DNA from: Adineta vaga | Lineage: Eukaryota; Animalia; Rotifera | Length of the DNA: 64,000 nucleotides | Assembly: GCA_021613535.1 (NCBI GenBank) | Contig: CP075494.1 | Span: 8,370,001 to 8,434,000, forward strand | Direction: 5' to 3' | In this document: in pieces, positions 12,127 to 24,613 of the stretch | Position numbering within the stretch: position 1 is the first letter of the stretch | Layout: every line of letters begins with the position of its first letter | Made by a program: the position numbers and the translations under genes | Notes under the pieces: model-generated | Database searches by the model: none | What the model was told of the DNA's origin: nothing | The model's input: the letters and a program-made list of their open reading frames with translations, nothing else

Positions 12127-13322
12127 TTATACTTGTTCATTGATAAATAAAATGAAAAATGCATCATTTTGAATTTGTAAATCATTCATGGAACATTTTG
12201 AATGTGCTAAATAACCATTTACAAAAAAATATTGATTGTTCAATGAAAAACCATGTGTATATTGAAACTATACATAGAAACAAATATAAACACAATTAAG
12301 AAAATTCAGATCTATGTATTTACTATCACTTTAAGTTCGTGAACAGTTGTTGATTCATATATGTTCAAATTGTGTTCTTCATTAATCAAATTCTTTGGTA
12401 TATCAATGCCATCCATTTTAACGCGGATACTATTCAAATAAAAAGATATTTTCATATAAAGAGAAGTAGATGGTGAATTTCTGCATACCGAAGTGGACGA
12501 TTTAGTTGACTGTCATCGGATGTTTTATCTATTAGTTGAATACCTTGCACCGCTAATTTCGATGCAAGGTTATAAGCACTGTTAGCATCACCATTCTGAA
12601 TTGATTCAGCAAAATTGTGAATATCGATAAGAATGCCTATAAGACAAATATGAAAAGATTATAACGACTAAATACTTTTGTATAACTTAATCAAGGTTTC
12701 CATCTATATTTATATGCTATACAACATTTTATTTTATTCGAAATCGTTCTTCTGAATTTGCTCTGTGTTTCGTCCTATCACGAATCATTGCGAGTTTTCA
12801 AAACTATTAGCATTACCACCTGTATAGTTTTTCTATACTCTCTAGATTTTACAATAGAATGAGAAAATCTGACCATTTCCACTAGAAACATTTTGTGATT
12901 TGGTTCCGCTCCATGTGGATGTATTGACAGAAGAATTTGTGTATTCAGAGTTTGTTGATTTATCTTTGATAGAATTGATTTGAGCAAAACACATTCGAAG
13001 TTGTTCATGAAATTTATCACGTGAGTCAGGATTCAATGTCAAACGATACATTGTATCTGCATATCGAATTTCATCAGGAGAATTCAGTGATGGTCCAAAT
13101 TTGTACATACTACTTCGTATAAATGAAATGTTGAAAATTTCCTATACAACAGAATTGTAACTCAAGATCTGAATTAAATATTCGTACTGCTTTTTTGTTT
13201 TGAATATCGAATGCTTGAAGTGAATATGTATTTGAAACATTTTTATGTAATTCAACAATTGATCTTTCGAATTCACCACGTGTAGATTGAATAACACAGG
13301 AAGCGTATGTTACAAGACTCAT
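12127..13322 (-). CDS. SHARPIN/HOIL-1-like protein A: PH-like N-terminus + LUBAC-tethering-motif-like segment + ubiquitin-like domain; exons 13322-13188, 13141-12874, 12636-12489, 12429-12324, 12267-12127
   Basis: All junctions GT-AG and phase-compatible. FAESIQNGDANSAYNLASKLAVQGIQL resembles the LTM; IYESTTVHELKVI|FQYTHGFSLNNQYFFVNG...FFILFI resembles the HOIL-1/SHARPIN UBL. Confidence 0.7.
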
Positions 13323-13617
13323 TTTTATTTGAATTTGACTATTTATATTTACATGACATGGAGATGGAGGAACGGATGGAAAGATTCCTTTTCAATTTCT
13401 ATGACTCATCGTACATGTTTTCTCACTGAAATTCTCAGCTCGAAACAAAGAAATTTCATTTGAATTTGTTGAGCTGTATCACAAAATTTCGAACACCAAT
13501 CTGTTGATTTGATATAGAGGGCTGTAATTCATTTTTGATTGGTTGAGACTTGTGTATATGTTTTAAACATTATTCTCATTTTTTTTTGTTTTTCCCGATA
13601 AACGAACAAAAAAAGAA
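13323..13617. promoter_or_regulatory. Putative bidirectional promoter between SHARPIN-like A (-) and ANAPC15 (+)
   Basis: Only 295 bp between two head-to-head start codons; contains ATTGG (CCAAT box on the minus strand) near 13539. Confidence 0.45.
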
Positions 13618-14105
13618 ATGTCTTTACATATCTGGCCAACAGTCGAAACATCTAAAGTTAGTTCATCATGGTTTCGACCATTACAACCTGGTAAACTTGA
13701 TTAGAATCTTGAATAAATTCAATTAAAAATTTGATGTTTTATTTTCAGCTCGGGAAGAATTGAATTTAACGAAACTTGAAGAAATGCTCGATCAAGCACG
13801 TCGACAATGTCTTGAAAAAGGTTTGTTATTTTATTAATATTTCCTAGTGTTGAACTTACAATGTCAATTCTAATTCAGGTCTTAATTTACCATTTCATGG
13901 CAAAACCGAAATGGATAATGCTGAGGTAAGATTTCTTGAAAATGAATGACAGAGAAAGATTTCTATATTTTAGGATGATGAAGATGCAGATGAAGCTGAA
14001 GAAGAAAGTGAAGGAGGTGAACCAGATGATGAAGTCGATGCACAACAAGGTCTTGGATCACCAGGAATTGCAGCTGGTATTCCACCAACACCACTTGATA
14101 CTTAA
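13618..14105 (+). CDS. ANAPC15: Anaphase-promoting complex subunit 15 (4 exons)
   Basis: Spliced product MSLHIWPTVETSKVSSSWFRPLQPAREELNLTKLEEMLDQARRQCLEKGLNLPFHGKTEMDNAEDDEDADEAEEESE... follows the APC15 pattern (WF..P..EE..L, EK..NL..GK, acidic tail). Not in the ORF track because of three short introns. Confidence 0.75.
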
Positions 14106-14209
14106 ATATTATAATTAGAATATTTTGTAAATAAATAAATTCATTTCATTGATGTTTTTTACTCTCAATCGGAGTGAAATTGTAATGAATTGTTCATATA
14201 TTTTCAGAT

Positions 14210-15669
14210 ATGTCCGTCCAAAATCGGTAGGATATTGAAAAGATAAAATGAGAAAATATTTCTCTAGTAATTTCATGTTTATCACAGTTCTGTTTCCGTT
14301 AAAATGGTACGCATTCAGTTACCAGATAGAAAACAACCGATTTCTCATCGTCAAGCTGTAATTACAATTCTAGAAGATTCACAAACCGATATTGCATATC
14401 TTCGAATTAGTGAAAATCAACAGGTATATGCAAATTATGTATTCGAGAAGGAAATTCTTATATCTATCAGAAATATCTGAATTTCATTATTCTTTTCATA
14501 ATGTCATTCAAATTTACAAAGACAAATCACATATTACACTAATTTACATGATTTTATTAGATAATTTTATCTGAAGAACTCAATCATTTCGAATGGATAG
14601 AAGAATCTTCTTCAGATGGAGTAGCAACAATCACATCATCATCGGCTAAAATCATTATTATTTATAATGCACAAGATAGAGTGTCACGAGATCTTTTCGT
14701 CAGAATGAGAACACTCCTTCAGAAAGGTGTGCTTTACATAAATATATTATGTTCTCTAAACTAATCTTGTACAATTTAGATTCACACAAAGAAGAGAGTA
14801 ATTCGAATTCATGGCAATGCATTCGAACGCCCGAAGGTATGCCTTCCTTGTGTAACATTTGAAAAAGAGAACTATTTTTGTTGTTAGTTCATTAGTCGTT
14901 AGATAATCACTTTTTAACTTTTCAATTATTAGACTCTACCTAAACGATAAATTTCAATCCGAATAACTTCGACTCTTATTCATTTATATACATTGAAATA
15001 AAATGATTATGTCTTATTCCATATGTATTTTTTTATGCAAAATAGATCATATAGAATTAGCTACTAATGATCTGATCAAATACATTCAAGAAGGATCATC
15101 GAAAAATGCTGAACATGCGGCGCAATTTCTTGCACAATCACGTGCACAACTTCAATTCAATATAATCAATCGTGATAACAATCAGAACGAAATGATAATG
15201 AAAAAACCTGAAACTAAAACACCATCATCCACTATTTTTCAGTTTGTTACTTTTATTTATTTTACTATTCAATTTCATCTGGCTGATTTAGATTACAGCT
15301 ACAAATTGAATGTTATTTAAATAGAAAACCATTAAATTCAACGATATATGTACATACTGGTACGAATCTTCGTACATTGAAAGAACAAGTTTGTTAATTA
15401 ACAAAAGAAGAAATTGATTTGAACAGATTGTTTCATTGATAATTTAGATCGAGAATAAAACAGGAATTAAGTGTAAAGATCAATTTTGGTATGCGTTTGG
15501 TCAATATATCATTCCTGATGAGTATGAATTTGGTTCTGAAGAACCAGTAGTTCGACCTCGTCCGAAAACATCTGGTCGTAAAAATCAAGTTACCCCTCCA
15601 AATGATCCTATTCGCGTTGGTGATACTTTAATTTTGTATATTGCTCAACTTCGTCCATATGCTTTATAA
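14210..15669 (+). CDS. SHARPIN/HOIL-1-like protein B: PH-like + LTM-like + UBL; 7 exons beginning approx. 14210, 14288, 14561, 14780, 15046, 15292, 15448
   Basis: Phase-consistent GT-AG splicing. LIKYIQEGSSKNAEHAAQFLAQSRAQLQF is LTM-like; IYVHTGTNLRTLKEQ|IENKTGIKCKDQFWYAFGQ...GDTLILYI is UBL-like. Confidence 0.7.
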
Positions 15670-15746
15670 ATATCATAAATAAATTGATTTTATTTTTAAT
15701 TCTGATGATGTTTTGGTTTTATTTGATTTCTTTATCTAATTTCTAG

Positions 15747-16891
15747 ATGACTGATCATCGCCGTCAAATAACGACAGATCTTGACACGCATCTAAATAAA
15801 ATTATTTTGCCATATCAATGTCGAAAATCAACTTTATCATATGGTGTATGGAATACATCTTTGAATATGATAGAAATTCTTCATCAACATCGATCATCAA
15901 CTAAGTGTTTTCTTACGATGGGTATTCGAAAAAATTCCAAATTTTATCTATATCCCGAAGAAGCAATATATCTAATGCAATCTTCCTTATTACAAGTATC
16001 CATGAGTAATTTTGATCAAAAACCAAACCTACCATTATCATTGAATGAAGCTTATTCATTATGGTTTAATAAATCTGTATACAATTTAAATTATTTACAT
16101 GTTTATCAATATTTAACGAGAATAGGATTTATTCTAACTCGACATCAATCACAAATAAGACAGAATGAGAAACAAGACGAACTATCAACAACAGTTACAA
16201 ATAGTACGAAACGAAAACGAGAGGATGAAGAAATAGAACTAATTGACATTCCACATAATGATTTACAAGATCAAAGTTATATTTGTCCGGTAAATATGTC
16301 TAAGCTAAGAATGATCAAATATACTTCATAATATTTTTTACATTACAGATTCATTCAACCACTGATTGTCAACGACTATGGTTTCCAAGATATACTGATG
16401 ATCCTCCAATATTGACAAAACAATATCCTCGTTTAGTATTTCCTGATAAATTATCTCCAGTATCTATAGATTGGCTTCCATCTGAATTCAATTCAAAAGT
16501 TTCTCAAGTTCAATTGTCTATTTATGAAAATAATCTATTAACACCTCGTCCGTCATATTCTCTTCTTCGATCAATCGATCTTCCATCTCATACTACAATC
16601 TATCAACGTTTATCTTCATTTGCTCCTCATTTGACTTCACCTACAAAATCACTATCATCATCAAATATTATCTTTAATATGTTTTCACCACAAAAACTTT
16701 TTCGTAAACATCTAATCAATACACCAGATTATCATATTGAAATTAAAGATGGTAATTCAGAATTCAACTTCGAAGATTTATATGCTTCTCAAGAAGGCAC
16801 ACATATGTTAACAGCTATTGTTCATCATGGTGATATTTCGTTTTATTCATTTAAACCATTTGATCCAATTGCAACATTACAATCAAAATAA
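15747..16891 (+). CDS. TSEN54: tRNA-splicing endonuclease subunit Sen54; intron 16290-16348
   Basis: TMG...LYPEEAIYL...LPLSLNEAY...VYQYLTRIGFIL at the N-terminus and AIVHHGDISFYSF at the C-terminus are Sen54 signatures. Confidence 0.88.
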
Positions 16892-16936
16892 TTTCTCTCT
16901 ATAGACAAATTGCTCTCTCTCTCTCTCTTTTTCTAG

Positions 16937-18854
16937 ATGATACTATATTATTCTTGGCCAGTAGGTCTTTTCGTAAGTTATTTTATTTGGAAATGGCTTA
17001 AAAAATCTCGTTACCGTTCAATTGCTCATCATTGTGCTCAAAGAAAACGTTCAGTACGCGATAAACGTCGAGAAGAATTATTAAATCTTCTTCAAACAAA
17101 ATATTCATCGAAACTACCTGATCAATCAGTCATAGAAAGAATCTATAAATCTACAGCTACTGAATTATTAGAAGGCCTTGAGAAAAGAGACTTTACTTAC
17201 ACACAAGTTGTTCTTGTTCTATCTCTTCGTGCAATCAAAATCGGTCAGGAGATTAATTGTACAACGGAAGAATTCTTCGATCAAGCAATTGTTCTTGCCG
17301 AGAAACTAGATGCTGATGAAACTGGTCAAGAAAAACTTCTACTCAAAGGTATACCTATTTCTATTAAAGATCACATTGATCAACAAGGAGCAGATTCATC
17401 AATGGGCATGACAATGAGAAATTTTCGACCATCATTAAAAGATAGTCTGATTGTTCAACTATTGAAAGAACAAGGAGCATTAGCTGGTTTCGTACGTACA
17501 GCAACAATACAAGGAATGATGTTGCCCGAATGTGAAAGTGAAACCTATGGAATTGTTGGCAATCCTTTTGATCGAACACGTACACCAGGTGGTAGTTCTG
17601 GTTAGTAGATGGTTTGAAGAAAACAAAACAGTATAAAATAATGTTGTGAATCTTTATTAAGGTGGTGATGCTGCTCTAGTAGCTGCATGTGGTACTCCCA
17701 TCGGTATTGGTTCAGATATTGGTGGTAGCATTCGTATTCCTGCTCATTTTTGTGGTGTATTTGGTTTTAAACCAACGCCAGGACGTATTACTCGTAAAGG
17801 TGTAACAGTTCCATCTAAGAAGCAGTATATGGGTGAAACAAATGTTCGTTCAACTATGGGCCCATTAGCACGTTCTACAGCTGATCTTGTTCTAGTGATG
17901 CGTTCATTTTTACAAGAAACTATGTGGTTTGAAGATCCAGAAATTCCTCGACAACCATGGCGAGAAGAACGTTTTAATGATAAGAAAAGACTAACTATTG
18001 GTTATTATACAAATGATAATTGGTTTCCAGCCTCACCTGCTTGTATTCGAGCTGTTAATGAAGCTGTAGAGGCTCTTCGAAAACTTGGTCATACAGTTAT
18101 TCCATATACACCAATTGATGTTCCCGAAGCAGTACGTCTTTATGTCGGAATTGTAGGTGCTGATGGTGCTCGTCATTTTTATGAATCATTAGAAAATGAA
18201 CCGCACAATCCACTTTATACAGCACTTCTGTTTTCTGCTCAACTTCCAAATTTTCTTCGTCCATTTATTGTTTGTTTCATGCGTTTATTAGGTGAACAAC
18301 GTAATGCAATTGTCATAGAATCAGTTGGCTCAAAAAGTGCATATGAATATTTTGATTTAGTTATTGATTTACGACGATATATTGATAGATGGTTAGATGA
18401 TATGAAACAAAATCATATTGATCTTCTTCTTGTAAGAAAACATTTTTAATTTATATGAAGAAAATATCCTTTTTCTTTTTGATTTATCTAGACTCCTGTT
18501 AATGCTTTACCAGCTTATCGTCGTGGTCAATCTAAATATTTATTTAGTTCATGTAGTTATACATTTCTTTTCAATATTTTACATCTTCCAGCTGGTGTTG
18601 TTCCAACGACTGTAGTTCGTGATGACGAACAGTATTATGAAGAGAGTGGCAATTTACATAATGATATGATTTCAAAGATGGCAAAAGATGTATGTCGAGG
18701 TTCAGCAGGTTTGCCTATTGGTGTTCAACTTGTTGGTTGGCCAAATGATGATGAACGTGTGTTATGTGTTATGAACGAATTAGAAAGTACCATTGATAAA
18801 AATCATCGACCAATGCCAGCTTTAGCTAAAAATATCGATATCTACGCAAATTAG
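16937..18854 (+). CDS. FAAH: Fatty-acid amide hydrolase (amidase signature family); introns 17601-17661 and 18432-18491
   Basis: N-terminal TM; GIPISIKD (catalytic Lys); NPFDRTRTPGGSSGG; GSDIGGSIRIPAHFCGVFGFKPT; GLPIGVQLVG. Confidence 0.9.
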
Positions 18855-19934
18855 AACAATAAAGGACAGTGTTTTTCCACTTTCTTACTTTAGCATTTTA
18901 GTAGAGAATCTATTTTCTATTTTTCAAATTACCTGACACGTAGATTTTATTATTTTTTTATATCTACTATTAAATACATAATGACTAACTTAATTCTATT
19001 GTTGATTTTCTATTAACCAAACAAAAATACAATTATAAACATGCGATCTAGTTTTATAAGATTTTACTTTAATATACATTCTCTATCTCTCTATATTGGA
19101 CTGTATTCCATTCCGAATTATAATAATAGCATATTTAGATGAATATTTACAATGAAAAGTTTCTAGGTATTTTGTCTTTTTGTTTGAATAGAACTTGTAT
19201 TGATTTTACTTCCAATTGCTAGAGGAAATGAGCAGATCTGTATTCAATCATCAATTAAAAATCATTTATCATGAAAGAAACCACATCTTTTGACAGATTT
19301 ATCAAACGACTGCATCTCTAAGATATTTCTCATTTGATAAAAAGCATGATTATGAAAATGGCCATATAATTTAATGATTGAATAGAAATAAGAGAAGAAA
19401 AACTAAAGTAATCTATCGTATGATAAAGTGTGTATTCAACCGTTTCAATGAACAAAACAATTCGTCCTATATACATCCGTACATTTGAGTGCTTATATCA
19501 TGATCATTATCATGAAGATATGGTTCACTGACTTGTGATTGATCAGTCGCATACATTGAGTATTGTCAACTAGGATACAGATCGATATATACATTTTCAT
19601 ATATTATTTATATAAGAAAACGACATTAAAATGAAGGTTTGTAATTGCTTGGGTACTTTATTTTATAATAAGACTGGATCGTTTGAGGAAGACTATTGAT
19701 ATACTGTTAATGTAGAACATCTATAGGATAAACAAATATTTCAGGAATGGTTGTATGGATTGACTGAAAAAAAGAAAAGAAAAGAAAAGAATACAGACAG
19801 ACAGACGAGTGAATTCGTTTTTGTTTAATATCGTCTATCTATCTATCTTATATCTATTCTAATTCTATTCTATTTGCATTTATTCGAGTAGATTCGTTCA
19901 TTTGAAATTTTTCTTTTCTTCATAGTATTCCGAA

Positions 19935-22338
19935 ATGAAAGAAAAATGTGACACACAGCAAATCAGATTTGCTACTAATACAAAAGATGGAACAGAAAAT
20001 GAAAGTTATATACGTAGTCATAGTGATCAACATTTATCGACAAACAAAGAAGTAGATAAATTAACAATGAGACAATTACCAAGAACAACATCAGCCAGTG
20101 CAACTACATTTCCTGTTATATACGAAGCACCAACTGAACTCATTAACAATAGTACAATAGATATACCATGTCCATCACCGACATGGCACTTACCTGTCTC
20201 TGCTCCGCCAACCGTTCATAATCCACAATCAAACCATCGAGCAACAATTTTCGGATCATTTGAAAGACATGCATCATTACTCGATCCAATGTCGGATCGT
20301 GTTAGTACTATACTTGTCTGGCAAAATTTGACTGTTTCGACAAGAGAAGATAAAAAGAAACAGTTGTTACAACATATTCGACCATCAAAAACTTTTGTAC
20401 CAAAAAGAAAAGTTTTATTACACAATGTTAGCGGTGCGATTACAGGTGGTTTATGGGCTGTTATGGGTACGTTTTTCTTTTTATATTTGATTGAAATTTG
20501 AAACAAAACATCTTCTCGTTCGGTTATAGGTGCATCTGGTTCCGGCAAATCTACTCTCTTGAATACGCTAGCTTGCCGATTAGATGTCAACACAGTTGTT
20601 GAAGGTGAAATGCGTCTCAATGGTGCACCATATGATAATGCTGAATTGAAACGTATTGCTGGTTATGTGATGCAAGACGATCTATTAAGTGGATATCTAA
20701 CGGTCGAAGAAACACTAATGTATACAGCTAAACTACGTTTACCACGAACATTTACTGATAAACAAAGAAAGGAACGTGTCGAAGATGTATTGAATGATAT
20801 AGGATTAGTACATGTTCGAAAAGCCATCATTGGTAATCAACTAAAACAAGGAATATCTGGTAGTGAACGTAAACGTTTATGTGTTAGTATGCAACTATTA
20901 AATCGTCCACAATTACTCTTTCTTGATGAACCAACAACAGGTTTAGATTCAGTCACTGCATTGGATCTGTTACATACACTTAATGCATTAGCTCATGGTA
21001 AATCACAAGAAAAAGCTGTAACTATTGTCTGTTCTATTCATCAACCACAATCAAAAATATTCAATCTATTCGATTCAGTTACTTTACTTAAAGCAGGACG
21101 TATCCTTTATCAGGGTCCAAGAAAACAAGCCATGGTAATAAAATTGATCATGATTATTAATAAAATCTTTTCTTTTCTCTATAATATTTCCAGGAAGTTT
21201 TTCGTGCAGCTGGTTTTCCATGTCCATTGTACACAAATCCAGCTGATCATCTATTAGATGTTGTTACACCAGCAAAAACTGGTGCACTTGATACTGTTCT
21301 TGAACAACAAGCAGCCACAGATCGAGCCATTATTCAATGTCAAAAACCCATCGATATTGATTTAAATATGGGTGGAGATAAACGTCTTGTTCAAATGGCT
21401 AGTTTACCATTAAATCCAACTTGGATCGAACAAGTTCATATACTTTTACAACGAAATTTTCAAGAACAAGCACGAAAATGGAAGGTTACTGCTGTTTCAC
21501 TTATACAAACCATACTCATGGCTATTTTAATTGGAACCGTCTTCCTTCGTATTGGTCAAACGCAAACAAGTATCGTTCGACGTGAACCTGTCATATTTTT
21601 TTGTGTTATTAATCAAGGTTTTTTTGGTGCATTAACAGTTATTAATTCTTTTCCTGTCGAACGAACATTAACATTACGTGAACGTGCATCAGGAACTTAT
21701 TTTGCTAGTGCTTATTTTACCGCAAAAATTATTGCAGATACCTTAGTTCAATTACCGATCCCGATTGTCTTTGTAAGTAAATCAATCATTGATGTTTTTT
21801 CTTTTCAAATAAAAATCAATATTATATTGTCTAGTCATGCATTGTATACTTTCTTATTGGTTTGGAAGCATCCGTTGGCAAATTTTGTATCTTTACTTTA
21901 TTTATGTTATTATGTTCAATAGCATCAACATCTTTAGCTTTAATGATTTCAGCTTTATGTCAAACAACTGATATGAGTGTGACTGTTCTTCCCATGGCAT
22001 TGGAAATGACACGTTTATTCAGTGGATTTTTCTTAGCACCATCACGTTTACCAAAATATTTCGCATGGCTCGATGCTATATCCTATGTAAAATATAGTTT
22101 TGTTGGTGCTAGTTTAAATGAATTGCATGGTTTAAAATTAAGTTGCGAAGGTGTTAGAACTATTCATGTTAATGCAACGTATGATCTAATAGAAAAATGC
22201 AAACGAACTGGTGAAGAATTTATTAGTGAACGTGGTTATGATTATTTAAATATGTGGGCATGTGTAGGAATATTAATTGGATTCATTGTATTTTGTCGGA
22301 TATGGGCATTTGTTGGTGTTCGATTTTTAAAGAATTAA
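19935..22338 (+). CDS. ABCG (white-like) half transporter, copy 1; 3 introns
   Basis: Walker A GASGSGKST across an intron; GYVMQDD; signature ISGSERKR; LFLDEPTTGLD; SIHQP; followed by an ABC2 membrane domain. Confidence 0.93.
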
Positions 22339-22564
22339 ATAATACTTTCCGTTTGGTTCCTTTAGAATATTAAAATGTTTTCTTTTTCGCTCAGATTTTA
22401 TATTGAATGTTAAATAAAATAGAGAAAAACTAAAAATATTTCTGTCTTTTAATCAATTCACTATTTTTTCAAAAAATTCATTTATTATAAATATAAACAT
22501 TAAAAAGAAAGAACAAATAAAATCTTTATAAAATCAAAACGAATCAAATGGAAGAAAATATCTA

Positions 22565-23518
22565 TCAATCAAGTATCATAATATCATCATCGTCATCATC
22601 TTGCACTGTCGTTGTTCTTTGGATTGTACTTGTAGAAGTTATTGTGATGCTACTTTCTGTTTGAATTTCATTTTCTTTAGCCAACTGTTGCTTTTTTTGT
22701 TCTTCAATTGTTTCTTTAACTCGATCACGTATACGTTCTTGTCGTCTTTGTAAATATTCTGGTATTTGTCGTTGTCGTTTAACTTCTTTCTTTCGAAGCC
22801 ATTTATCAATTGCCTAGAAATTTTAAAAGGAAAAGAAAGATGACGAATTGTAAAAGTAAAAATCTGTTTTCTACTTGTTTTGTATCTTCTTTTAGTTTAT
22901 TTGCCAATGTTAAATATTCATCTGGTTTAATACTACGTCGTACGTTATCTGTTACAGCTTGATTATAATACTCTTTGATTTGTTCGAAATTTAAATGTTC
23001 TGCTTGTTTATTAACAAATTCGTCTTTTAAATGTTGTAGTTTTGTTTGGAGAAATGCTAATTGATTTTCATAGGATTTTGACAATTCAGATTTGATATAT
23101 TGATGAAAAAGACTAAATTCTCGAGAACAATTTAAACGTGCTAATTTTTCTAAATCAGTTGCTTGTAAAGTACGTGCTGTTGTACTTAGTTGTGTTCGTT
23201 TTGAATGAGGATTTGGTACTGTCGAACGTCTGTTAGAACGTGATGATGAATCACGTGATGGTCTAACCGGTTTGGAAAGAGTTGCTGGACGTATAGGTTT
23301 TTTAGGTGCTTTAGGCTTAGGAGGTGGACGAACATGAGCAGGTTTTGGCGGTTCAAGGCCTTGAAGAGTAAAGAAATTTCAACTGTTAAAATACTACACA
23401 GAAAGTAAGACATACGTTTTTGAATTTCTCGAGTTTCACATTTAGTGACTCGTTTAACTGCTCGTTCCTTCCGTGACGGAAATTTCACACCAAATTTTGG
23501 TACTTCTGGTGTTGTCAT
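22565..23518 (-). CDS. Uncharacterised basic/Pro-rich + coiled-coil protein with acidic tail (3 exons)
   Basis: TTCAG|ATG start. Spliced frame MTTPEVPKFG...EPPKPAHVRPPPKPK...YENQLAFLQTKLQHLK...QDDDDDDIMILD*; introns near 23414-23360 and 22874-22814. Confidence 0.7.
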
Positions 23519-24613
23519 CTGAAAGATAAAGACAAAAATAAAAACGTACTTGTTTCTTAGCACATATGCAGTCGTAACCATGATGTATGAAATACTAGAC
23601 ATACGCACATATACTCGTGGCAAATATGGCCTTCACTAAGTAAGTATTCGAAGGAAAGGAGAGGTAAAACATTGATTTGGGTGGTAACTATGCATTTGAA
23701 ATGGAATATTTCATTATTTTTTGTAGACTATTTTCGAGCATTTTGTCCATAAAACTGACGACTTACGTTACAATACGGGTTTGAACTGTATCTATGTTTG
23801 TTCTACTAAGTTTGCGAACAACGTTCTGTTAGTTGATCAAGTGTAAAGCAGAGTGAACGTGAATGTACGCAAGATGTGCGCAACAAGAAAAAAAGAAAGA
23901 AAGAAAAAAAGAAAGAAATGAACAAACGAGTGTAGTAACAATGATGATATTACTGCGTAGCGCCTTAATTGCTAGGAGAAAGAGAGAGAAAAGACAAAGA
24001 GGCCGTTGACCTCTTATCGGAAGAACAAGAAGAAAAAAGTGTAAAAACTGGTTTTACCAGGCTCGTTTGATTAAAGACGTCCTGTAAATCTAACCTCTTT
24101 TTTATTTAATCTAAAAATCATGTCATTAGTCATAACATGAACTTAATAGTTTAAGAATATTATTTATTCTATTAATTTTTCATAATATTCAATTAATTAC
24201 ATGGTACATTAGGAATTTCAAGTCATACAATTAATTTGATTCTTTTATTCTTCAAAACTAGCAGTATTTAGCAATAAGAACTTATCACAAAATATTGATA
24301 ATCAAGTGATATTGTATGTCATGAAATTTCGATAGTAATCATATGTGAAGTACATATTTTTAAATACATAGGTATACATGATTGAACGAACCACTTTTCT
24401 ATCGTCCTGTATTGTTTTAAATACATAAGGACATATGGGTGAAATAGAAGATAATCATCGTCAAATGAAAGAGTGGATAGAAGAGAAGAAAGAAAGAAGA
24501 AGAAGAAGAAGATGAAGATCATATCGATATATATATATATCCATTCATGTCTATCATCAATTTCATTCTCTCGATTTGTACTTACAGTTTAGTTCATTTT
24601 ATAACACAATCAA

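Noticed and set aside
12778-12822. Extra exon in SHARPIN-like A using the CAG acceptor at 12820
   Set aside because: All frames hit stops quickly; the direct join 12874 to 12636 is in phase.
15747-18854. TSEN54-FAAH fusion protein
   Set aside because: TSEN54 ends with its conserved C-terminal motif and a stop, FAAH has its own N-terminal TM, and there is no GT donor in the gap.
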